A DNA stretch of 64,000 nt from Acidobacteriota bacterium (GCA_025456425.1 JALOKP010000026.1:3846-67845); one strand, 5' to 3'; positions 9,336 to 18,306 are shown, counted from the first letter of the stretch. Numbers and translations are program-made. The notes: generated by a model from the letters alone, not told the origin.

Positions 9336-11111
9336 ATGGCGCAGGGTCGGATGCGCGCGGGATCGGGACAGGCGGTGGCGTGGGCGGCGGCGCTCGTGGC
9401 GCTGGCGGCCGCGGGGTGCGGCGACGGCCGCGAGCGGGGGGGCGGCGCGAACGGAGCGGCCGGCCCGGCGCCGGTCGCGGGCGGGACGCTGGTGGTCGGG
9501 ATCAAGGCCGATCCCGACTCGCTCAACCCCTACCTGGCGCGGCAGTCCGAGTCGCTGCTGATCGCCAGCCGCGTGCTGCCGCGGCTGTGGCGCGAGGTCC
9601 TGCCCGGCGACGCCGAGCCCGCCGGGCTGAAGCCCGAACTCGTCGCCGGCGAGCCGCGCTTCGAGGACGGCGGGAAGACCGTGCGCCTCGAACTGCGCGG
9701 CGACGCGGCCTGGAGCGACGGCGCGCCCGTCACGTGCGAGGACGTGCGCTTCACCTGGCAGGCCCAGGTCGACCCGGCGCTCGGCTGGCGGGCGGCCTCG
9801 ATCAAGCGCCACATCGCGTCCATCGAATGCGCCGACGCGCGTACGGTGGTGGCGCGCTTCGACCGCGCGTATCCCGGGATGCTGGTCGACCTGAACGACC
9901 TGCACATCCTGCCACGGTCGCTCGCGACGCTGCCTCGCGACGGCTGGCGGCAGGTCGACTGGGCAGTGCAACTGCCGGCCGCCGGCCCCTACCGGATCGA
10001 GCGCGCCGCGGCCGGGCAGGAGGTCGTGCTGGCCCGCAATCCGTCGTACCGCGGTGAGGCCGGGCTGCCGCGCCTCGACCGGATCGTCTTCCGCGTCGTT
10101 CCCGACACGACCGCGCGGCTGACGCAGCTTCTGGCCGGCGACCTCGACCTGGTCGACGGCGTCCCGGCGACGAACGCCGCGCTCCGCGCGGCGGGGACCG
10201 GGATCGCGCTCGTGACGCGGCCGGGCTGGGGCTACACCTACCTGGGGTGGATGGACCTCGATCCGGCCGCCTACCGCGCGTACCGGGCCGGGCGCGAGGC
10301 GGCCTGCCGGGCCGCGAAGCAGGAGAACTGCCCCGACGAGGCCGCGGCGGTGGCCCGGCTCGCCGCCGAGCGGCCGCACCCGCTGTTCGGCGACCGGCGC
10401 GTGCGCCAGGCGATGACGATGGCGATCGACCGCCCGGCACTGGTCGACACCCTGCTGGCGGGGCAGGGCGAGGTCCCGGCCAGCCCGATCCTCGCGCCGC
10501 TGCCCGAGCACGACGCGTCGCTGGCCGCGGCGCCGCGTGATCCGGCGCGGGCGCGGGCCCTCTTGGCCGAGGCCGGGTTCGCGGATCGCGACGGCGACGG
10601 CACGCTGGACCGGAACGGGCGGCCCTTCGCCTTCGAGCTGGCGGTGCAGGCCGGCAACGCGCAGCGCCGCGACGCGGCGGTGCTGGTCCAGCGCGACCTC
10701 GCGGCGCTGGGGATCGCGGTCACGATCCGTCCGGTCGAGGACTCGGCCTTCTTCGCCACGCTCGGCGCGCGCGGGGCCGACGCCTGGATCGGCCGCTGGT
10801 CGGTGCCGGGCCGCGTCGACATGGTCGAGCTGCTGCACGGGGAGGCCTGCGGGACCGGCGGCCTCAACTTCGGGGCCTGGAGCGAGCCGGAGGCCGACCG
10901 GCTGGCGCTGGCGGCGCGCGAAGAGTCCGATCCCGACCGCCGCGCCGCGCTGTGGCGCGCGTGGGAGCGGATCTTCGTCGCCGAGCAGCCCTACTCGCTG
11001 CTCTTCCGCGAGGCCCGGCTGACCGCGGTGCGCGACCGCGTGCGCGGCGCGGAGTCGCTGCTGGCCAACGACCCGCTCAACGGGGTGGAGGGCTGGTGGC
11101 TCGCACCGTAG
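9336..11111 (+). CDS. ABC transporter substrate-binding lipoprotein, family 5 (Opp/Dpp-type peptide or nickel binding)
   Basis: Signal peptide with lipobox (LVALAAAGCG). SBP_bac_5-like body throughout (GGTLVVGIKADPDSLNPY ... RNPSYRGEAGLPRLDRIVFRVV...). Confidence 0.85.
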   Translation: MAQGRMRAGSGQAVAWAAALVALAAAGCGDGRERGGGANGAAGPAPVAGGTLVVGIKADPDSLNPYLARQSESLLIASRVLPRLWREVLPGDAEPAGLKPELVAGEPRFEDGGKTVRLELRGDAAWSDGAPVTCEDVRFTWQAQVDPALGWRAASIKRHIASIECADARTVVARFDRAYPGMLVDLNDLHILPRSLATLPRDGWRQVDWAVQLPAAGPYRIERAAAGQEVVLARNPSYRGEAGLPRLDRIVFRVVPDTTARLTQLLAGDLDLVDGVPATNAALRAAGTGIALVTRPGWGYTYLGWMDLDPAAYRAYRAGREAACRAAKQENCPDEAAAVARLAAERPHPLFGDRRVRQAMTMAIDRPALVDTLLAGQGEVPASPILAPLPEHDASLAAAPRDPARARALLAEAGFADRDGDGTLDRNGRPFAFELAVQAGNAQRRDAAVLVQRDLAALGIAVTIRPVEDSAFFATLGARGADAWIGRWSVPGRVDMVELLHGEACGTGGLNFGAWSEPEADRLALAAREESDPDRRAALWRAWERIFVAEQPYSLLFREARLTAVRDRVRGAESLLANDPLNGVEGWWLAP

Positions 11112-12081
11112 GCTCGAGCGCCGCGCGAGCGCGGTCGCCCAGGTAGTTGGCGGCCAGCACCGCCGCGGCCAGCGCGAGCCCGGGCAGGGTCGAGACCCAC
11201 CAGGCCTCGAGCAGCACTTCTCTGCCGTCGGCGATGATGTTGCCCCACGAGGGGTGCGGCGGCGGCACGCCGAAGCCGAGGAACGACAGCGAGGCCTCGA
11301 CCAGGAGGTAGCTCCCGGCGCGCAGCGCGGCGGCGACGATCAGCGTCGGCAGCACGGCGGGCAGCGCGTGAACCAGCGCGCGGCGCAGCGGCCCGGCCCC
11401 CGCCGCGCGCGCCGCGGCGAGCAGCCCGGAGCGCGCGGCGACGCGCGCGTCGGCGCGCACCAGCCGCGCCAGCGCGGGCCAGCCGGTCAGCGCCAGCAGC
11501 GCCGCGAGCACCCCTGCCGACGGCGCGAGCCAGGCGGCCAGCACCATCACCAGGACGATCCGCGGGAACGACAGGACCGCGTCGCCGGCCCGCGAGAGCA
11601 GCGCGTCGACCAGCCCGCCGGCGAGCCCGGCCGCGAGCCCGATCGCCAGCGCCAGCAACGCCGCGCCCAGGATCCCCGCCAGTCCGATCGCCAGCGAGAC
11701 CCGCGCCCCCGCGGCGATCCGCGAGAGCAGGTCGCGCCCGAAGCCGTCGGTGCCGAGCGGAAAGCGCAGCGTCGTCAGCCGCGGCGCGCCGGCGGCATCG
11801 CGCGCCAGCGCGGCCAGCGGCACGCGTCGTTCGGCTCCGCCGCGCAGCCGGGCGATGATCTCGTCCCCGTCGAGGCGCCAGGCCGAACCCGGCCCCCGCG
11901 CGTCGAGCGGCAGCAGCGCGCCGTCGGACCCGACCAGCGCCGGCACGCGCGAGCCGGGCGGCAGCAGCCGGAGCGCCGCGGGCGACGCGCTGGCCAGCGG
12001 ATCGGCCGGCGCCAGCAGCGGGCCCAGCAGGCCGGCCGTCAGCACCGCCGCCGAGAGCGCCAGCGGGGCCGTGTGCCTCAC
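11077..12081 (-). CDS. ABC transporter permease, DppC/OppC-like
   Basis: GTG start at 12081. Conserved LGTDGFGRDLLSRIAAGARVSLAIGL and the EAA-loop region match DppC. It is the in-frame 3' part of the long ORF 11077..13644. Confidence 0.8.
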   Translation of the reverse strand: MRHTAPLALSAAVLTAGLLGPLLAPADPLASASPAALRLLPPGSRVPALVGSDGALLPLDARGPGSAWRLDGDEIIARLRGGAERRVPLAALARDAAGAPRLTTLRFPLGTDGFGRDLLSRIAAGARVSLAIGLAGILGAALLALAIGLAAGLAGGLVDALLSRAGDAVLSFPRIVLVMVLAAWLAPSAGVLAALLALTGWPALARLVRADARVAARSGLLAAARAAGAGPLRRALVHALPAVLPTLIVAAALRAGSYLLVEASLSFLGFGVPPPHPSWGNIIADGREVLLEAWWVSTLPGLALAAAVLAANYLGDRARAALEPTVRATSPPPR

Positions 12082-13088
12082 CGCGGCGGCTCCTCGCGCA
12101 GCCGCGGGTCGGCGCGGCGGGCGAGCAGCTCGGCAAGCGCGCCCCCGGCCAGCACGAGCAGGGCGTAGAGCAGCAGCGAGCCGAGAGCGAGCGGGGCGTC
12201 GCGCGCCAGCAGCGCGCGCTGCGTGAGCGATCCCAGCCCGGGCCACGAGAAGACGACCTCGACCACCGCCGCGCCGCCGACCAGGGCCGGGAGCCCCAGA
12301 CCGAGCAGGACCAGCGCCGGCTGGAGCGCGGCGCGGAAGGCGTGGTGCCAGATCACCCGGCGCTCGGGCACGCCGAGCGCGCGCGCGGTCGCCGCGGCCG
12401 GCGAGGCGAGGGCGCGGCGCATCGCGTCCCACTGGTGGCGCGCGACCGCCGCCGCAGACGGGAGCGCGAGCACCCCCATCGGGAGCGCGAGGTGCGCGAG
12501 CAGGTCGAGCGGCGCGGCGGGTCCTGATCCCGCCGGCGAGCGCATGTGCGAGGCCGGCAGCCAGCCCAGCTTCCAGGCAAAGGCCAGGATCGCGACCAGG
12601 CCGAGCCAGAACGGGGGCGCCGCATCGAGCGCCGGCAGCCCGAAGCGCACCGCCCACGCGGCGAGCCCGCGCGGCCGCGCGGCGGCGCGGGTGCCGAGCG
12701 CGATCCCCAGCGCGAAGGCGGCCGCGAGCGCGGTCCCCGACAGCAGCAGGGTCGGGCCGAGCGCCTCGCCGAGCACGGCCGCGACCGGTCGCGAGCGGCT
12801 GAGCGAGGTCCCCAGGTCGCCCCGCAGCAGGCCGCGAAGGTAGCGCGCGAAGCGCTCCGGGGCCGGCCGGTCGAGCCCCAGCGCGGCCTCGAGCCGGGCC
12901 CGGTCCGCGGCCGAGACGGAGGGATCGTCGCCCGGGCCGACCGCGCTGCCCGGCGCCGCCTCCAGCAGCACGAAGACCAGGACCAGGACGAGCAGGAGCG
13001 TGACCAGCCACGCGCCGGCCCGCCGCAGGACCCGGGCCGCGCGCCGGCCGCGCCTGCCCCACACCGTCTCGGTGTCCCGTTCGGCCAT
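12078..13088 (-). CDS. ABC transporter permease, DppB/OppB-like
   Basis: ATG at 13088 (MAERDTETVWGRRG...). Six predicted TM segments and a BPD_transp_1 core. Its stop abuts the dppC-like GTG. Confidence 0.8.
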   Translation of the reverse strand: MAERDTETVWGRRGRRAARVLRRAGAWLVTLLLVLVLVFVLLEAAPGSAVGPGDDPSVSAADRARLEAALGLDRPAPERFARYLRGLLRGDLGTSLSRSRPVAAVLGEALGPTLLLSGTALAAAFALGIALGTRAAARPRGLAAWAVRFGLPALDAAPPFWLGLVAILAFAWKLGWLPASHMRSPAGSGPAAPLDLLAHLALPMGVLALPSAAAVARHQWDAMRRALASPAAATARALGVPERRVIWHHAFRAALQPALVLLGLGLPALVGGAAVVEVVFSWPGLGSLTQRALLARDAPLALGSLLLYALLVLAGGALAELLARRADPRLREEPPR

Positions 13089-13187
13089 CCCTGCCCGTCC
13101 TCCGCGCCACGCGCCGGCGCCGGCGGCCGCACGCCGGTACCTGCGAACCGAGACGATACAAGGCATACGGCCCCGGGCGCGCCCCCC

Positions 13188-13366
13188 CCACCGTGGCCGC
13201 GAGCCTGTTGGCGCGGTCCCCCAAATGCCAGTTCCGGCGCGGCTTCTCACCGATCCCCTGAGGACGCCGGCGGCGTGCCTCCTGCCGGCGGGCGCCTCCC
13301 CCCGCCGCTTTCCGCCGGCCGGGGCCGCAGGCGCGCCCGTCACCAACATTCTTGCGGCCACCGTGG
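13188..13366. repeat. Copy A of a ~178-bp element bounded by ~23-bp imperfect terminal inverted repeats (MITE-like or paired-operator element)
   Basis: Left end ccaccgtggccgcgagcctgttgg (13188..13211). Right end caacattcttgcggccaccgtgg (13344..13366). The right end is the reverse complement of the left at about 19 of 23 positions. A second copy with the same ends, length and spacing to the downstream gene lies at 55841..56017. Confidence 0.5.
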
Positions 13367-13468
13367 ATTCGCCTCGCCTTCGACGCCGTATTCCGAGCGT
13401 GCCCCCCGTCCGCCCGATCCCTAGATTGTCCGTAGCGTCCGCTCCCGATCCGGGCGGCGAGGTGAGGC

Positions 13469-15817
13469 GTGCTGCAGTCCGGGTTCAACCGTGCGACCAC
13501 CGCCTTCGTCGCGGTGCTGCTCGGCGTCTCGCTGCTTGCGGCGGGGTCGCTGGCCCCCGGCCTGTCGCGGCTCACATCGGCCGATCTGACCGCGCTCGGC
13601 ACCTTCCTCGGGGTCGGGATCTTCTGGTCGCTGCTCACCTTCAAGGTCGCGCGCCAGCGCGGCGGCCGGGTCGCGGTCTGGCTGGCCCCCGTCGCCTACC
13701 AGGCGCTGCTGCCGGTGGCCGACCCGTCGGCTGCGATCGTCGTCGCCGCGATCCTGCCGCTGGTCGACTGGGCGATGCACCGGCGCCAGGCGACGATCGG
13801 GTTGTTCAACCTCGCGCAGGCGCTGCTCGGCGTCTTCGCGGCCTCGAAAGTCGTGGCGCTGCTCGATCCGCTGCCCGACGACCTGACCTCGATCGCGCTC
13901 GCCGCGCTGGCCGGCGCGACGCTCTGCTCGCTCACGACCTTCGCGACCCTCCCGACCGTGATCAAGCTCGCCACCGGCCGCAGCCCGAAGGACAGCGGCA
14001 TCTTCTCGTGGACGACCACGATCAACGAGGCGGTCACCGGGAGCTTCTCGGCCCTGACCGCCGTGATGTGGTCGATCCACCCGCTGCTGCTGGCCCTTTC
14101 GGTCCTGCCGCTCACGCTGGTCTTCCTGCTGCTCTCGCGGCTCGAGTCGCGCGAGGCCTCGCTGCGCCAGGAGATCGTCGAGCGCGAACGGGCCGAACTG
14201 GAACTGCGCCGCGCCAAGGATGCGGCCGAGGCGGCGAGCCAGGCCAAGAGCGACTTCCTGGCCCGGATGAGCCACGAGATCCGGACCCCGATGAACGGGA
14301 TCGTCGGGATGGCCGGGCTGCTGCGCGAGACCCCGCTCGACCGCGAGCAGCAGGAGTACCTCGACATCTGCCTGCGCTCGGCCGACTCGCTGCTCTTCCT
14401 GATCGACCAGATCCTCGACCTCTCGCGGGTCGAGGCCGGCAAGCTGGAACTCGACCCGCAGCCGTTCGCGCTGCGGGCCTGGCTGGGGGACCTGCTGCGA
14501 GTGCACGCCACGCTGGCGCACGGCAAGGGGCTCGACCTGGCCTGGTTCGTCGCGCCCGAGGTGCCCGACGCGCTGGTCGCCGACACGCTGCGCCTGCGCC
14601 AGGTCGTGATGAATCTGGTCGCCAACGCGATCAAGTTCACGCGCGAAGGCGAGGTCGTCGTGCGGGTCGCGTTGGACCAAAGCGCGGGGGACGAAGTCCG
14701 GCTGCACTTCACCGTGCGCGACACCGGGATGGGGATCGAGCCGGAGAAGCAGCAGCTGATCTTCGAGGCCTTCACCCAGGCCGAGCGCTACATGACGCGC
14801 CAGCACGGCGGCGCCGGGCTGGGGCTCGCGATCTCGGCCCAGCTGGTGCGGCTGTGGGGCGGCTCGATCTGGGTCGAGAGCGTCCCGGGCAGCGGCAGCA
14901 CCTTCCACGTCACGCTCCCCTGCGCGGTGCGGGAGCCGACCGGGCCGGCCGCGCCGCGTCCGGACGGCGCGGGGCGGTGCGTGCTGGTGCTCGACGCGCA
15001 CGCGGCGAGCCGCGCGGCCAACGCCGAGGCGCTGGGCGCAGCCGGTTTCGCGGCCGTCACCTCTGCCGGGGCGACCGAGGCGCTCGGGCTGCTGGTCGAC
15101 GCCACCGCGGCCGGGCGGCCCTTCGAGGCGCTGGTGGTCGACGCCGGGCTGCCCGACCCCGGGCCGGCCGCCTTCCTCGACCGCGTCCGCGCCCTGACCT
15201 CCGGCCCGCCGGCGCCGGTCGTGCTGACGACGACGGCCGACATCCGGCCGTCCGGCGCGGGGGGCGAGATCGAACCCTTCGCGCGCGTGATGAAGCCCGC
15301 GCTCTGGAACCAGCTCGCCGGAGCGGTCGCCGCCGCGCTCGACGACACCGACGCCGGCACGGGCCGGGCGCCGGGTGCCGAGGCCGAGCGGGCGGGGGCG
15401 CGCGCGGTGGTGCCGAGCGCTGTCGCGGGCGCGCCGCTCGAGATCCTGCTGGCCGAGGACAACCCGGTGAACCGCACGCTCGCGGTGCGGCTGCTCGAGC
15501 GCCGCGGGCACCGTGTCGCCTGCGCGGCCAACGGCGTCGAGGCGGTCGAGCTCTGGAAGGCGCGCGCCGTCGACCTGGTGCTGATGGACGTGCAGATGCC
15601 GGAGATGGACGGGCTGGCCGCGACTCGCGCGATCCGCGAGCTGGAAGGCGGGGCCGGCCGTCGCACGCCGATCGTTGCGGTCACCGCGCACGCCTCGGCC
15701 GAGGACCGGGTGCGCTGCCTGGAGGCCGGGATGGACGGGTTCCTCGCCAAGCCGATCCAGGCGGCGGAGCTGCACCGCGTGCTGGCCGAGGCCGCGGCCG
15801 GGCTGCAGCCGGCCTAG
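13469..15817 (+). CDS. Hybrid sensor histidine kinase (kinase A): N-terminal multi-TM sensor, HisKA, HATPase_c, a degenerate receiver and a C-terminal REC
   Basis: GTG start. H-box [20 protein letters not shown]-boxes ([26 protein letters not shown]). C-terminal [16 protein letters not shown]...[14 protein letters not shown]. Confidence 0.85.
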   Translation: MLQSGFNRATTAFVAVLLGVSLLAAGSLAPGLSRLTSADLTALGTFLGVGIFWSLLTFKVARQRGGRVAVWLAPVAYQALLPVADPSAAIVVAAILPLVDWAMHRRQATIGLFNLAQALLGVFAASKVVALLDPLPDDLTSIALAALAGATLCSLTTFATLPTVIKLATGRSPKDSGIFSWTTTINEAVTGSFSALTAVMWSIHPLLLALSVLPLTLVFLLLSRLESREASLRQEIVERERAELELRRAKDAAEAASQAKSDFLARMSHEIRTPMNGIVGMAGLLRETPLDREQQEYLDICLRSADSLLFLIDQILDLSRVEAGKLELDPQPFALRAWLGDLLRVHATLAHGKGLDLAWFVAPEVPDALVADTLRLRQVVMNLVANAIKFTREGEVVVRVALDQSAGDEVRLHFTVRDTGMGIEPEKQQLIFEAFTQAERYMTRQHGGAGLGLAISAQLVRLWGGSIWVESVPGSGSTFHVTLPCAVREPTGPAAPRPDGAGRCVLVLDAHAASRAANAEALGAAGFAAVTSAGATEALGLLVDATAAGRPFEALVVDAGLPDPGPAAFLDRVRALTSGPPAPVVLTTTADIRPSGAGGEIEPFARVMKPALWNQLAGAVAAALDDTDAGTGRAPGAEAERAGARAVVPSAVAGAPLEILLAEDNPVNRTLAVRLLERRGHRVACAANGVEAVELWKARAVDLVLMDVQMPEMDGLAATRAIRELEGGAGRRTPIVAVTAHASAEDRVRCLEAGMDGFLAKPIQAAELHRVLAEAAAGLQPA

Positions 15818-15835
15818 CCTCCGCGCCGAAAAGAA

Positions 15836-15865
15836 GCGGGCGCCGGCCCGGAGGCCGGCGCCCGT
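15836..15865. terminator. GC-rich hairpin between convergent genes (kinase A stop at 15817, S8 protease stop at 15892); possible bidirectional terminator
   Basis: gcgggcgccggcc-cgga-ggccggcgcccg gives a 12-13 bp stem with a 4-nt loop. No U-tract, as is common in high-GC genomes. Confidence 0.35.
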
Positions 15866-15891
15866 CAGCCAGCAAGGGGCGCCGAAGTGGG

Positions 15892-17886
15892 TCAGTCGCC
15901 CCAGAGGATCCCGTCGCCCCAGAGGATGCCGTCGCCCCAGAGGATGCCGTCGCCCCAGAGGATCCCGTCGCCCCAGAGGATGCCGTCGCCCCAGAGGATC
16001 CCGTCCGGCGCGAGCGTGCCGTCGCCCCAGAGGATCCCGTCGCCCCAGAGGATTCCGTCGGCGCCGAAGGTCGTGCTGTCGCCCCAGAGGATGCCGTCGC
16101 CCCAGAGGATCCCGTCCGAGCCGCGGCGCAGCGCTTCCTCGCGCGCGTCGGCCGGGGCGTGGTTGATGTCGCCCCACAGGATGCCGTCGCCCCAGAGGAT
16201 CCCGTCGCCGGCGACCGAGGCGTCGCCCCAGAGGATCCCGTCGCCCCAGAGGATCCCGTCGCCCCAGAGGATCCCCTCGCCGCCGACCTTGCCGTCGCCC
16301 CAGCGCACGCCCTTCGCGCGGTAGAGGCGGTCGCCGAAGTACCAGCCGTCGCAGTAGACGACGCGCCGGCCGGCCCGGGCGGAGAGGCCGGCGATCGTCG
16401 TCGCCAGCGCGGTGCGGCGCAGGTCGATCCCCGGGGCCGCCGCGGCCCCGAACGCCAGCGCACCCGGGTTGGCCACGAGCTGCTTCGCGACGCTCACGGC
16501 CAGGCTCGCGTTGAGCAGGCCGGCGCCCTGGTCGAGGAACGAGGCGTCCGGCAGCTCCTCGGCGGTGTACAGCAGGATCGACTTGGCCAGCGCCGGGGTC
16601 AGGTCGGGGCGCGCCTGCAGCATCAGCGCCACCGTGCCTGCGACGACCGGCGCCGCCATCGAGGTCCCGGAGAGCTCGAGGTAGCTCGCTCCGCGGGTCA
16701 GTTCGGGGTGCTCGAGCGCGAGCCGGCTGCGCGGAGCCTGCAGCGAGACCAGCCGGTTGCCCGGGGCCACCAGGTCGGGCTTCATCAGGTTGTCGTAGCG
16801 CCGCTCCTCCGGCTCGGAGGTTCCGTCGCCGTCGAGGTCGCGCTCGCGGTACGAGCGGGTCGGCCCGCGCGAAGAGTAGCTGGCGACGCCGTCGTCGGAC
16901 CGTTCGTCGGTCTGGAAGCTATTCGCGGCGCCGACGGTGATCACCTTCGGCGCGTTGGCCGGCGAGAGGATCCCGCCGTAGATCTTCGTCCCGTCCTCCA
17001 GCTTGCCGTGGTTGCCGGCCGCGACCACGACCACCAGGCCGGCGTCGACCAGCTTCTCGACCGCTCGGCAGAGTGGGTCGGTCTCGAACGACTCCTTTGG
17101 CGCCGTCCCGACCGAGAGGTTGACGACGCGGATCCCGTAACGGTCCTTGTTGGCCAGCGTCCAGGCCAGGCCCTGCAGCAGGCCGTCGAGCGAGCCGGTG
17201 CCGTCGCTCTTCAGCACCCGGAGGTCGGCCAGCATCGCCTGCGGCGCCGCGCCGGCGAGCGGCCGGCCCATCGGTGCGAGCGCGCCGTTGCCGGCGATCA
17301 GGCCGGCGACGTGCGAGCCATGGCCGTAGGGGTCGCGCTGCGTCGAGGCCTCGCCGGTGAAGTCGGCGCGGGCCACGATCCGGCTGGCGTTCCCGTTCCT
17401 CAGCGCGGCGTGGTCGGTGATCCCGGAGTCGAGCACCGCGACCGTCACGCCGCGGCCGTCGAGGCCGGCGAGCTGCGCGATGCCGGTCGTCGTCCGCACG
17501 TGGCCTTCGATGGCCGGCGCGACCTGCGTCGCGAGCAGGGGACGGTTCGGCACGACGTACTTCACCGACGAACTGGCCGCGAGCGAGCCCAGCCGCGACG
17601 AGAGTGCCGAGCCCGGCAGGTCGAGCACGACGAGGCCGAACTCGGGGATGGTGACGGCCCGGGTTGCGCCGGTCGCCGCGGCGAGCGTGTTCACGCTGGC
17701 GCCCGGGGTCAGGTCGACGATCACGCGCATCGAGGAGGAGGAAGCGACGAGCTCGGCCTCGGCCGCGAGGTCGGGGGCCTGTTTCTCGGTGAGGGTGGTC
17801 TGCGCGAACGCCGTCGCCCCGGCACAGACGACGAGGGCGAGCAGCGCGAGTCCCATCCTGGGGTGGCGCCTTGTCCTCGTGAACAT
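15892..17886 (-). CDS. Secreted subtilisin-like serine protease (peptidase S8) with a C-terminal DGILWG tandem-repeat domain
   Basis: Strong AGGAG Shine-Dalgarno 7 nt before ATG at 17886 (alternative GTG at 17910, ATG at 17856). Signal peptide MGLALLALVVCAGATAFA. Catalytic Asp (VAVLDSGI), His (HGSHVAG) and Ser (GTSMAAP). The last ~140 residues are DGILWG repeats, and the stop follows the last repeat directly. Confidence 0.85.
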   Translation of the reverse strand: MFTRTRRHPRMGLALLALVVCAGATAFAQTTLTEKQAPDLAAEAELVASSSSMRVIVDLTPGASVNTLAAATGATRAVTIPEFGLVVLDLPGSALSSRLGSLAASSSVKYVVPNRPLLATQVAPAIEGHVRTTTGIAQLAGLDGRGVTVAVLDSGITDHAALRNGNASRIVARADFTGEASTQRDPYGHGSHVAGLIAGNGALAPMGRPLAGAAPQAMLADLRVLKSDGTGSLDGLLQGLAWTLANKDRYGIRVVNLSVGTAPKESFETDPLCRAVEKLVDAGLVVVVAAGNHGKLEDGTKIYGGILSPANAPKVITVGAANSFQTDERSDDGVASYSSRGPTRSYRERDLDGDGTSEPEERRYDNLMKPDLVAPGNRLVSLQAPRSRLALEHPELTRGASYLELSGTSMAAPVVAGTVALMLQARPDLTPALAKSILLYTAEELPDASFLDQGAGLLNASLAVSVAKQLVANPGALAFGAAAAPGIDLRRTALATTIAGLSARAGRRVVYCDGWYFGDRLYRAKGVRWGDGKVGGEGILWGDGILWGDGILWGDASVAGDGILWGDGILWGDINHAPADAREEALRRGSDGILWGDGILWGDSTTFGADGILWGDGILWGDGTLAPDGILWGDGILWGDGILWGDGILWGDGILWGDGILWGD
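15895..16313 (-). repeat. 18-bp coding tandem repeat (gacggcatcctctggggc, encoding DGILWG), about 17-20 copies in pairs and triples separated by short Asp-initiated linkers
   Basis: On the + strand it reads gccccagaggatcccgtc / gccccagaggatgccgtc alternating. The mirror ORF 15887..16324 (PQRIPS repeats) is the opposite-strand artefact. Confidence 0.85.
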
Positions 17887-18131
17887 CGATCCGCTCCTGC
17901 GCGCAGCCACTCGGGTAGGCCGCGACCGAGCTTCATGAAGGCAAGGGCCGTGCCGCGGACAGGCGCGGAGCAGCGCGGCGGCGCGGGGACGGCCCGCGAC
18001 AGCGTCCCGCGACGGCCTGTCCGGTCACTTTGTCCGACCCCGTGACACGGCTTGGCACACTCCCGGCCGGATCGGTAATCCCCCGAAGTGCCCGATCCGC
18101 GGGGGTTTCGGGGGAGCCGAAGATTCGGTGC

Positions 18132-18160
18132 TTGACGCCGCCCGGTGCTCGCGGTAACCC
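18132..18160 (+). promoter_or_regulatory. Candidate sigma70-type promoter for the trp leader: TTGACG, 17-nt spacer, TAACCC
   Basis: The only AT-containing -35/-10-like pair at the right distance upstream of the trpL ATG (18170). The -10 is weak. Confidence 0.3.
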
Positions 18161-18169
18161 TTGCCGCAG

Positions 18170-18256
18170 ATGACGACACAGCGTGACGCGATCGATCTCG
18201 CCGCCGCCGGCTGGTGGTGGACCGCCTTCATCGAGGTGGCCCCGGCCCGGGACTGA
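18170..18256 (+). CDS. trpL: trp operon leader peptide, 28 aa, with three consecutive Trp codons
   Basis: atg acg aca cag cgt gac gcg atc gat ctc gcc gcc gcc ggc tgg tgg tgg acc gcc ttc atc gag gtg gcc ccg gcc cgg gac tga translates to MTTQRDAIDLAAAGWWWTAFIEVAPARD. TGG is otherwise rare. It lies 90 nt upstream of trpE and is followed by the attenuator structures. Confidence 0.75.
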   Translation: MTTQRDAIDLAAAGWWWTAFIEVAPARD

Positions 18257-18306
18257 TCGCGCACCATCGACCGGCCGCCCACCTCCGACGCGGGGTGGGT
18301 TTTTTC
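18233..18306 (+). terminator. trp attenuator: antiterminator segment gaggtgg (18233-18239) competes for ccacctc, which otherwise forms the intrinsic terminator stem cccacctcc / ggggtggg followed by tttttt
   Basis: An 8-bp GC-rich stem (18278-18285 pairing with 18292-18299) with a 6-nt loop, immediately followed by t plus ttttt (18300-18305). This is the only U-tract of that length in the neighbourhood. The alternative pairing of 18233-18239 with 18280-18286 is mutually exclusive with the terminator. Confidence 0.7.

Noticed and set aside
13154-13161. Shared AT-rich octamer cgatacaa (TTGTATCG on the minus strand) upstream of both dppB-like (13088) and rSAM (44752) starts
   Set aside because: Distances to the two start codons differ (about 70 versus about 30 nt) and a single shared 8-mer between two intergenic regions is within chance expectation. 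Noted only as a possible -10-like element.
15895-16313. Possible CRISPR array (regular short repeats)
   Set aside because: Units are contiguous 18-bp tandem copies with no unique spacers, lie inside an ORF and encode a peptide repeat. Not CRISPR.
15887-16324. Plus-strand ORF encoding PQRIPS/PQRMPS repeats
   Set aside because: Mirror-strand reading of the DGILWG repeat array. The minus-strand reading is contiguous with a complete S8 protease, so the plus ORF is the artefact.
13000-18045. 1681-aa plus-strand ORF spanning the dppB-like start through the S8 protease region
   Set aside because: Stop-poor read-through typical of 70% GC DNA. It crosses several well-supported genes on both strands and is Arg/Gly/Pro low-complexity.
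18080-18114. Hairpin cccccgaa...ttcggggg upstream of the trp promoter
   Set aside because: It lies between divergent starts (protease and trpL) with no upstream co-directional gene to terminate. It could be regulatory, but I cannot support a function. A GC-rich 8-bp stem is common here.
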